A DNA stretch of 22,249 nt from Candidatus Thorarchaeota archaeon AB_25 (GTDB lineage Archaea > Asgardarchaeota > Thorarchaeia > Thorarchaeales > Thorarchaeaceae). The stretch covers positions 1-22,249 of the forward strand of contig MEHG01000028.1 of assembly GCA_001940705.1 (NCBI GenBank), in the 5' to 3' direction. Below the pieces are notes generated by a model, which saw nothing but the letters and a program-made list of their open reading frames with translations, did not search any database and was not told the DNA's origin. Position 1 is the stretch's first letter. Every line of letters begins with the position of its first letter. The translations under genes and the position numbers were made by a program. This document shows, piece by piece, positions 14,983 through 22,249 of this stretch.

Positions 14983-15615
14983 GTGTTGAATGTGATAGAA
15001 CTCAATGTCACCCTATCAGATGGCACCAATAAAGCAATTCCCATCGCTTCTCACTCGACAGTAATTGACCTTTCAGATAGTTCAATCATGGTAATCGATC
15101 TTACTGAACTTGATAATCTTGAGGGGCTACAGGAACTAATTCTAAGTAGGAATCGTTTAATGACCGTTGATTTGACCGTACTTGCTTTCTGTCCTACAAT
15201 TATATCATTATTACTTGATAACAATAACCTACAGGTTGTAAACCTAGATATGTTGCGCTATTGTACACCTCTAGAGCGTCTTGATTTGAGTTCTAATCAA
15301 ATCCTCAGAGTCGATCTCTCTCCGCTTTCTGAATGTAAGAATCTAGTATCCATAAACTTGCGGAAGAATCGACTAATGAGTCTGGATATGTTTCCTATTT
15401 CAAAATGTGCAAAATTGGAGGAGTTGAACCTTCTGGAGAATCCACTCAAACGTCTTGATGTAACCCCACTCTTCTCCTGTGCCTCACTTCAAAGTCTGTT
15501 GGTTCCAGAGGGTATAAGACTAGTTTCAAAAATAAGGCACGAAATAGAGCTATTGAATCCTCCCGCGCTTAACGAGATGATCACGAGAGAGAGGATTGAG
15601 TTTATTCTGGAGTAA
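14983..15615 (+). CDS. Leucine-rich repeat (LRR) protein
   Basis: 210-aa ORF made almost entirely of LxxLxLxxNxL-type repeats, for example LERLDLSSNQILRVDLSPLSECKN and LVSINLRKNRLMSLDMFPISKCAK. The GTG start at 14983 is the first possible start after an in-frame TAG at 14959-14961. No Shine-Dalgarno-like element is visible, so the exact start is uncertain. Confidence 0.85.
   Translation: MLNVIELNVTLSDGTNKAIPIASHSTVIDLSDSSIMVIDLTELDNLEGLQELILSRNRLMTVDLTVLAFCPTIISLLLDNNNLQVVNLDMLRYCTPLERLDLSSNQILRVDLSPLSECKNLVSINLRKNRLMSLDMFPISKCAKLEELNLLENPLKRLDVTPLFSCASLQSLLVPEGIRLVSKIRHEIELLNPPALNEMITRERIEFILE
15127..15486 (+). repeat. Five consecutive 24-codon (72-nt) leucine-rich repeats inside the LRR gene
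   Basis: Residues 49-168 split into five exact 24-residue units, each starting with L/I and each carrying Cys at unit position 22 (C70, C94, C118, C142, C166). A degenerate 22-residue unit precedes them and a partial unit follows. Confidence 0.85.
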
Positions 15616-15769
15616 TATTACTAACTGTCTATCATTTGAGTGTGATTTATCCGATTTAATGTCTAACATTGGAAAAAAAAAGTATCCAAATATACTAGAT
15701 TATCTTATTTTTTGATTTATTGATGATTTGCTGTTCCATTCGAAGTGGTTGTCTTAAGGAGCAGATACT
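15616..15769 (+). promoter_or_regulatory. Intergenic region upstream of the giant ORF; candidate LRR-gene terminator and/or promoter plus ribosome-binding site
   Basis: Contains an A9 run at 15673-15681 and a T6 run at 15708-15713 within CTTATTTTTTGATTTATTG. That T-run could be an archaeal oligo-T terminator or a TATA-like box. AAGGAG at 15756-15761 lies 8 nt before the ATG at 15770. Confidence 0.35.
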
Positions 15770-18700
15770 ATGAAAAAAGCTGGATTAGCTGTCTTGATAA
15801 TATTCATTTTCCTAACTCCTTTAGCTAGTGGTCCTGCTCCTGAAGAGAGGTTCCCTTCCTCTGCAAGAACTACATCTAAAGGAGATGATTTTCTTCTTAG
15901 TGATTGGCAGGATGCAAACTCAGGCAATGGAAATCCTTTACTCGGGAACCTCAACGGGTTAAGAGTGGCAAGTGGAACATCTGTGATTGACTATACACAT
16001 TCGGGTTATGTTGGTATTGATCCACCCTTGGGTTGGAGTTCTGGAGAGTTGGAGGGGCAGCTTGATCATCTCTCTCTGTGGGTCGATGATGTCCTTGTTA
16101 ATCCGAAGCTTGACGCCAATCACGAAGAGCTCTGGTTTCCCATTGATGGTTATCCCGAGTACAATGGTGACCCCTTCTTTGTTCCAGATGGCTGGACACT
16201 GATAAAGAACGACATCCCTTCTGCTGGAACTCAACATCCTCAGCACGGGTGTCTGGAGATTAACTCGTATAGTGGAAATGGATATGATAATACCATGGGC
16301 TGGAGGTTCGATGCCAATTATGGCAGCGGTGAAACTATTGATCCTTCGGTCGATGTGTATATGAGTCAATTAATCTCAGCGCCTTGGAGAACGATATACT
16401 CAGCGGAAATCTCTTTCAGCTACTATGTTTCATCCACATCTGTCATGGATGACGACTTTTACATCTTCACTCGCTTAGAAGGCTACACTTCGAAACACCA
16501 CGTGTTTGAATCAACCGACACCATAGAAACTTGGCTTGAAACTACAGCATCTGTTCCATCTTCCTTTCTACAATACTTAGAAAATCCAAATTCAATGCTT
16601 TTCGACATAGGTCTTGGAACTGACCTAAGTGGACTAACAGGGGCTTCGGATCATGAAGTGTATATTGACGAGATAGAGCTGAGGTTCCTTGTACGACCGT
16701 TCCCAGAAGAGATTGACCTTCGTGCTAATGGAGCGAAGGTCACAGGGGGGACTCCCGGTAGTGTCACGCCCTATGTGCCAGATGGAACCAACAGAGACTG
16801 CTATAGTTCACCAGATTCGAACGGAGGTTCAGGAGGAATAGACCTCAATGGCTACAGTAATAATGGGTGGCTCGATGTTGGAGCTGACGTGCCACTCTAT
16901 CCCGATTGGAGCACAGCATTCACCTATCAAGTGGGATTGCAATTTCCACTACATGTACCTCAGGGAGCAGCCATCACGTCAGCGAATCTGCAAGTTGAAG
17001 CGGTGAGTGACTCCACCGGATATCCAGGTATGCGAATCTATGTTGCAAATGAGGATAATGTCGCAGCATTTACAAGTGAACCCACTCTGCTCCCAGATAA
17101 GTACGATTGGGTGAATACAAGTATTTACTGGAGGCCAACAACATGGTCAGCTAATGGTAGATATGATACACCAGACATTGCAGCCCTAATACAAGATGTT
17201 GTTTCAAGACCAGGGTGGCAAAGTGGCAACTACATCTGCCTGATGATTGATTATTCGTATTCAAATCAACAATATGCATACAACCAGATCAAAGGTTCTT
17301 CAGGATTCACCCAGGCGGATCTCGCCAGACTGTTTGTTGACTTCATTGAAGTTGCTCCTGCAGACACAATACCTAGTTTTCGGTTTAACAAGAATATAGT
17401 CATTGACCACACAAAAGTCGCTTCAGATTTGCAGGGTTTTCCAGTTCTTGTAGATATTTGGGATGCAGATCTCCACATTGAAGTTCAATCTGACGGAGAT
17501 GATATCGCCTTCCTCTACAATGATCAAGTCATACCTCATGAGTTGGAGGTTTTCGATAAGCAAGGAAACGGAACTCATGCACATCTCTCTGCTTGGGTGA
17601 AAGTGCCATACCTTTCGTCTGTTCGGGATACAACATTGATCATGGTTTATGGTGATGAAAACCTTGGAAGTCAGGAAAATCCTGAAGATATTTGGAATAT
17701 GAATTATCCTGCAGTCTGGCATCTTAATGAAAATCCAGCAAATCCTCAATGGAGTTCAACCTTTGCTGACTATTTGCCGCATCAACCTCAGATTCAAGAT
17801 GTGGCTTCTCCAAGCAGTGATGGTACTTCATATGGGAGTATGACATCAAATGACCTGGTAAGTGGAATTGTTGGAAGCGCCATAGATCTTGAAGGAGGAA
17901 ATGACTACCTTGACTTCGGGACACCCTCTGAGCTGCAGATGAATGGTGCTTTCACAGTCGAGGCATGGTTCTACGCAGATTATGTGGACAACGATTATCT
18001 AGTTGTCAAATCAGGAGAATCCAATTACCGTGGATGGGACATTAGTTTCGATGACGATCCTAGCATTAGTCCTGCAGGATGGGTTATGTTCCGATGGAGC
18101 CCAGATGGCGTGAGTATCAATACAATAGGATACGAACGTGTAGATACAGGTCTATGGTACCAAGTTGTGGGAGTTTTCAGCCCATCGGAATACGCCAGAT
18201 TCTATCTCAATGGTGAGCTCGTTGGAGAAATGACAAGCGGAGTTTCAGCATCGGTGAACAATCCTAATCGACCATTGAGAATAGGCCGGAGATCAGATAG
18301 TGGAGGAACATCCTACTTTGATGGAATTGTCGACGAGGTTCGTATTTCAAGCGTTGCCAGGTCTGATGCGTGGATTAGAACGCAGTACATCAATCAGAGA
18401 AGCCCTGGTCAATTCATGACTGTTGGCGATGAAAGCGTCAACTTCCGCTTTAGGAAAGATATCACTGTCGATCACAACCAGGTGGCATCTGACCTTACGG
18501 GATTCCCCGTCTTGATTGACATTTATGATACAGACCTGCGAACTGATGTCCAACCAGATGGTGACGATATTATATTCACTTCGAATGGTAGAAGTTTCCC
18601 CCATGAGATAGAGTTATTCGACCAGCAATTCAACTCCTCCCACGCGCACCTTGTTGCATGGGTTAAAGCTGAACTATCCTCGGCATCTGATACTGTCATA

Positions 18701-21700
18701 TCAATGGTCTATGGCAATCCATCGATGGGGAGTCAGGAGAATCCTAACGAGGTTTGGGACAGTAGATATAATGGTGTCTGGCATCTCGGAGACGCCTCCG
18801 GTGATGCAAGAGATTCCACATATTATAGGACAGATGGAACCCTAATAGGAAACCCCACACGAGAAGTCGGAGGTCAGGTTGGATACGCATACGACTTCGA
18901 TGCTATTGATGATGTGGTAAACTTCGGAAATCCGGCAGATGAGCATCTTGACTTCGGGGCTAATGACTTCACTGTCAGTATGTGGATCAATGTTGATGCG
19001 AGTACAGGAAATTGGCAGCTTCCTCTCTACAAGGGTGGAGCTTCAGCCAGTGATGAAGGGTACGAGTTCGAAACGAGCACAGATGGACAGTATTTCTACT
19101 TCTATGCTGGCGACGGTACTACAAACCAACTGACCGATGGAGGATGCACTGTTGTCTTCGACAGCTGGATATACCTAGTTGGAGTAGTCGATCGAACAAG
19201 CGATACCATCACGATATTCAAGGATGGATATGAATTTGGAACTCCAAATAGCATGAGTGGGATAGGAAGTGTGAGCTCAGATCATGATCTTGTGATATCA
19301 CGCGATCAGGATGGGCGAAGGACGAACGCTATGGTCGATGAGGTCCGTATCTCGAGCATTGCCCGTTCAGCTGGTTGGGTTCTTACCGAATTCCGGAACC
19401 AAAATGATCCGAGTAGTTTCTACTCCCTAGGAGTTGAGCATGAGGTCATTCCACTGAATCAAGCACCGATCAGTTACCAATATGAAAAGGAAATCACAAT
19501 CGACCATAACAAGGTTGATTCTGATTTGGCAGGATTCCCAGTGCTTATCAACATCTATGATACTGATCTTAGGACAGACGTCCAATCGGATGGTGACGAC
19601 ATTGTTTTCGTAAGAGATGGTTGGCTGCTGAATCATGAAATTGAGCTCTTTGAACAGGACTACAACACAAGCCACGCACATCTTGTAGCTTGGGTCAGAA
19701 CTGATCTTTCTTCATCATCAAACACCGTTTTCTCCATGCACTACGGAAACCCCACGGCTGGAAACCAAGAGAACCCAACAGGCGTCTGGGACACATCGTT
19801 TGCGGCAGTGTGGCACTTGCGAGAAACTCCATTGGACGACCCTTGGTTCTTTGACAGCACCCTGAATTCAAACGATGGTACTGCTTTTGGTTCAATGGAC
19901 CAGAACGACCAAGTTCCAGCGCAGATTGATGGTGGGATAGATTTCGATGGAGATGATGACTTTTTACACATGGTCGACTCTGAGAGCTTGGATATTACAG
20001 GTGCAATCACAATTGAGGCTTGGGCGTATTATGAAGGCAAGGCAAGTAACCTACAAAACTTCGCTAAGATTCTATGTAAGTCACTCTCAACTGTCGAAGA
20101 TCCCTGGCATGTATACGCACTAGGTCTGGACAATTCAGCAGCAGGCAGTCAGGTAATCCAATTTGAGCTTTCTGATGGCACCTTTGGTACTCATGAGAAG
20201 GTGGAATCAACCACTGTAATGCCCACGAATACATGGATGCATATCGCGGGGGTTTTCGATGGGTCTGAGATGCACATCTACGTCAATGGGTTTGATGAGA
20301 ATCAGCAATCTTATACTAATGTAATAGGAGAGCTCAATCAACCTTTGCACATCGGGAACTGGATTACATCCACTGACAATAGATGGAATGGAATCATCGA
20401 TGAAATACGATTATCACGTGTTGCTAGATCGGCTGACTGGATTCTCACAGAGTTCAAAAACCAGAATGACCCTGATTCATTTTACTCTATAAGCGATGAG
20501 ATTGTGCCTTCTGCATTTGGAGAATATGACTATAGAAAGAGTATCACAATTGCAACCGGGTCCGAACCAGTTTCCACCGGATATTCCACATCATTGACCT
20601 TTGATCATGGAGCATTGGTATCCGCAGGCAAATCACAAGCTGACGGTGATGATATCCGAATAGCATATTGGAATGGATCTAATTGGAATGAATTGGATCG
20701 CGTTCTTGACTCTGACTCATTATGGAATATTGGCAATACAAAAATATGGTTCCAAATCCAGTCGGATATCCCTGCCTCATCATCTGATGACCATTACTAT
20801 ATCTACTATGGAGATTCAGCAGCCAATTTTCCACCGAATGACCATGCAAAAGTTTTCCAATTCTATGATGGTTTCGAGAATGGTGATCTGAGTGCATGGG
20901 ATGCTTGGAACACGGGATCGGCAGGTGACGATATATCAGCGGTCACTAACCCACCACCCAACACAGGAACTTACTCAGCCAGGTGTGAAATAGATGACGT
21001 AGCCAGCCCACAGGCAATAGTCTGGGAAAACTTTGCTGATGAAACTTCCCTACTTGCTAGAACTCACATATACCTGGATCCGAGTTTCTCCATATCTGGT
21101 GGCGGTCATGTGACTGTCATGCAATATGTTGACACCTCATCTGGATGGCGAAATCAGCTGAGTGTCACAATCAGGGATGACTTGACCCTATATGTATGGA
21201 ATGATATTGCTGGCGAAGCATATGGCTATGGGACCACGAGTACATTGTCTACAGGTTCCTGGTATATGCTGGAAATACAAGCCACAATTTCTGACACAGA
21301 TGGCGAGGTTAGATTATGGCTTGATGGCAATCTTGAGATAGATGTATCTGGCAAGAATATAGGCACAGAAGGAATCGATAGGTACTGTGCAGGACTTTAT
21401 TGGGCGTCTCCTCAGACTGAACCCAACATAGTCTATGCGGATGATGCATTTCTCAGACAATATGTGAATCCCGAACCCACTACAGCACTTGGTCCCGAAT
21501 TGGCCCAGAGTGTTAGCTTCAACTACAAGAAAGACATAGTCGTCGACAATACGAAAGTCGCTGCAGACCTGACAGACTTCCCACTTCTCATCGACATCTA
21601 TGATGCTGACCTAAAGACAAAGGCTCAATCTGACGGAGATGATATCGTTTTCACAATTGACGCTGTCACACGCCCCCATGAATTAGAGTTCTTCGACCAG

Positions 21701-22249
21701 GCATTCAACTCAACCCATGCACATCTTACTGCATGGGTGAAAGTGGACCTTTCTTCCACGGTAGATACTACAATTACTATGTACTATGGCAATCCGACTA
21801 TAGGTAGCCAAGAGAGTCCTTCTGATGTATGGAACAGTGACTACTTGGGAGTATGGCACCTTGGAGAAGCATCCGGAGGAAGTAACGCAATATTAGACTC
21901 CACCTCACAGGCCAATCATGGCACAGATGTCAGCAGTCCTGGCTTTGGTGTCAGCGGAGCAATAGGAAATGCAATTAGCTTCACAGGAGAGCCATATATT
22001 CAGATTTCTGATAGTGCAAGTCTGGATTCAATTACTGATGAGATTACAATGGAGTTTTGGACTAGAGCAGACCCGCTGATTTGGGAAACCTCGGTGTTTG
22101 CCAAGGGCGGAGAAGAAACAGGTGCGTTTTCTCTCTTCTACTACCGCTCAAGTGGAAGTAATGATATTTGCTTCAATTTAGATGGTGTCACTGTGGGAGT
22201 GGTGCAAACAGGAGTAACCGTCACTAGAAATGACTGGATGCATGTGGTA
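15770..22249 (+). CDS. Giant secreted/surface protein (over 2160 codons, 3' end beyond the window) built of tandem DUF2341-like plus LamG-like (concanavalin A-like lectin/glucanase) modules
   Basis: Absent from the ORF track because it has no stop in the window. I translated the frame starting at the ATG at 15770 line by line to 22249 and found no stop codon in 2160 codons. The N-terminus MKKAGLAVLIIFIFLTPLASGPAPEE looks like a signal peptide. From 17378 onward, DUF2341-type units recur (F.F.K.I.IDH.KV..DL.GFPVLIDIYD.DL...Q.DGDDI.F....HE.E.FD.....HAHL.AWVK......T.I.MYYGNP...SQENP..VW...Y..VWHL). Each is followed by a LamG-like unit ending DEVRIS..ARS..WI.TE..NQ..P..F. Confidence 0.9.
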   Translation, partial: MKKAGLAVLIIFIFLTPLASGPAPEERFPSSARTTSKGDDFLLSDWQDANSGNGNPLLGNLNGLRVASGTSVIDYTHSGYVGIDPPLGWSSGELEGQLDHLSLWVDDVLVNPKLDANHEELWFPIDGYPEYNGDPFFVPDGWTLIKNDIPSAGTQHPQHGCLEINSYSGNGYDNTMGWRFDANYGSGETIDPSVDVYMSQLISAPWRTIYSAEISFSYYVSSTSVMDDDFYIFTRLEGYTSKHHVFESTDTIETWLETTASVPSSFLQYLENPNSMLFDIGLGTDLSGLTGASDHEVYIDEIELRFLVRPFPEEIDLRANGAKVTGGTPGSVTPYVPDGTNRDCYSSPDSNGGSGGIDLNGYSNNGWLDVGADVPLYPDWSTAFTYQVGLQFPLHVPQGAAITSANLQVEAVSDSTGYPGMRIYVANEDNVAAFTSEPTLLPDKYDWVNTSIYWRPTTWSANGRYDTPDIAALIQDVVSRPGWQSGNYICLMIDYSYSNQQYAYNQIKGSSGFTQADLARLFVDFIEVAPADTIPSFRFNKNIVIDHTKVASDLQGFPVLVDIWDADLHIEVQSDGDDIAFLYNDQVIPHELEVFDKQGNGTHAHLSAWVKVPYLSSVRDTTLIMVYGDENLGSQENPEDIWNMNYPAVWHLNENPANPQWSSTFADYLPHQPQIQDVASPSSDGTSYGSMTSNDLVSGIVGSAIDLEGGNDYLDFGTPSELQMNGAFTVEAWFYADYVDNDYLVVKSGESNYRGWDISFDDDPSISPAGWVMFRWSPDGVSINTIGYERVDTGLWYQVVGVFSPSEYARFYLNGELVGEMTSGVSASVNNPNRPLRIGRRSDSGGTSYFDGIVDEVRISSVARSDAWIRTQYINQRSPGQFMTVGDESVNFRFRKDITVDHNQVASDLTGFPVLIDIYDTDLRTDVQPDGDDIIFTSNGRSFPHEIELFDQQFNSSHAHLVAWVKAELSSASDTVISMVYGNPSMGSQENPNEVWDSRYNGVWHLGDASGDARDSTYYRTDGTLIGNPTREVGGQVGYAYDFDAIDDVVNFGNPADEHLDFGANDFTVSMWINVDASTGNWQLPLYKGGASASDEGYEFETSTDGQYFYFYAGDGTTNQLTDGGCTVVFDSWIYLVGVVDRTSDTITIFKDGYEFGTPNSMSGIGSVSSDHDLVISRDQDGRRTNAMVDEVRISSIARSAGWVLTEFRNQNDPSSFYSLGVEHEVIPLNQAPISYQYEKEITIDHNKVDSDLAGFPVLINIYDTDLRTDVQSDGDDIVFVRDGWLLNHEIELFEQDYNTSHAHLVAWVRTDLSSSSNTVFSMHYGNPTAGNQENPTGVWDTSFAAVWHLRETPLDDPWFFDSTLNSNDGTAFGSMDQNDQVPAQIDGGIDFDGDDDFLHMVDSESLDITGAITIEAWAYYEGKASNLQNFAKILCKSLSTVEDPWHVYALGLDNSAAGSQVIQFELSDGTFGTHEKVESTTVMPTNTWMHIAGVFDGSEMHIYVNGFDENQQSYTNVIGELNQPLHIGNWITSTDNRWNGIIDEIRLSRVARSADWILTEFKNQNDPDSFYSISDEIVPSAFGEYDYRKSITIATGSEPVSTGYSTSLTFDHGALVSAGKSQADGDDIRIAYWNGSNWNELDRVLDSDSLWNIGNTKIWFQIQSDIPASSSDDHYYIYYGDSAANFPPNDHAKVFQFYDGFENGDLSAWDAWNTGSAGDDISAVTNPPPNTGTYSARCEIDDVASPQAIVWENFADETSLLARTHIYLDPSFSISGGGHVTVMQYVDTSSGWRNQLSVTIRDDLTLYVWNDIAGEAYGYGTTSTLSTGSWYMLEIQATISDTDGEVRLWLDGNLEIDVSGKNIGTEGIDRYCAGLYWASPQTEPNIVYADDAFLRQYVNPEPTTALGPELAQSVSFNYKKDIVVDNTKVAADLTDFPLLIDIYDADLKTKAQSDGDDIVFTIDAVTRPHELEFFDQAFNSTHAHLTAWVKVDLSSTVDTTITMYYGNPTIGSQESPSDVWNSDYLGVWHLGEASGGSNAILDSTSQANHGTDVSSPGFGVSGAIGNAISFTGEPYIQISDSASLDSITDEITMEFWTRADPLIWETSVFAKGGEETGAFSLFYYRSSGSNDICFNLDGVTVGVVQTGVTVTRNDWMHVV
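17378..22249 (+). repeat. Tandem protein-module array inside the giant ORF (period about 1032-1065 nt, 344-355 aa)
   Basis: DUF2341-like units lie at 17378-17731, 18443-18793, 19475-19825 and 21518-21868. Each is followed by a LamG-like unit (17732-18439, 18794-19474, 19826-20524, 21869 to beyond 22249). A divergent unit at 20525-20854 plus a different jelly-roll-like domain at 20855-21466 interrupts the series. Units are conserved in protein sequence but heavily diverged at synonymous positions. Only short exact nucleotide matches remain, such as TCAATCTGACGGAGATGATATCG at 17486-17508 and 21626-21648. Confidence 0.85.

Noticed and set aside
15754-20897. Many minus-strand ORFs (66-136 aa) and four plus-strand ORFs (64-72 aa) listed by the track across the right 6.5 kb
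   Set aside because: All overlap the single uninterrupted 2160-codon frame that carries strong repeated-domain signatures. They are off-frame or antisense shadows.
1-22249. Scan for tRNA/rRNA genes, CRISPR repeat-spacer arrays, transposase or integrase genes, terminal inverted repeats and toxin-antitoxin or defence-type gene pairs
   Set aside because: I saw no T-loop/acceptor-type structures, no regularly spaced short direct repeats and no recombinase-like ORFs. The only long repeats are the in-frame protein modules of the giant gene and the LRR units. A covariance-model scan (tRNAscan-SE, Infernal/Rfam) would be needed to exclude small ncRNAs, especially in 619-1012, 12330-12461 and 15616-15769.

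Overview
The window is a gene-dense archaeal chromosomal segment, almost certainly from an Asgard-lineage archaeon. I support 15 protein-coding genes. I recognised no rRNA, tRNA, CRISPR array or mobile element.

Gene order, left to right:
- TFB, partial, minus strand. It is missing from the ORF track because it runs off the left edge.
- Arginyl-tRNA synthetase.
- A translationally abutted TldD/PmbA protease pair.
- A eukaryote-like ESCRT block:
  - a 525-aa multi-zinc-finger plus PH/GRAM/GLUE-like protein;
  - one ESCRT-III (Snf7-family) gene;
  - Vps4 (MIT + AAA);
  - Vps25;
  - a Vps22/36-like EAP30 protein.
- Archaeal-type aspartyl-tRNA synthetase.
- A small wHTH regulator.
- An alpha/beta hydrolase.
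- A Ras-superfamily GTPase-like protein with degenerate catalytic motifs.
- A divergently oriented leucine-rich-repeat protein.
- A signal-peptide-bearing giant ORF of more than 2160 codons (15770 to the right edge). It is also missing from the ORF track and is built of tandem DUF2341-like plus LamG-like modules.

Most interesting:
1. The uncharacterised zinc-finger/PH-like protein in the ESCRT block. It may be a separately encoded GLUE-like cargo or membrane adaptor.
2. The pseudo-GTPase/LRR gene pair.
3. The giant modular surface protein.

All functional calls rest on motifs I read in the translations. No database search was run.
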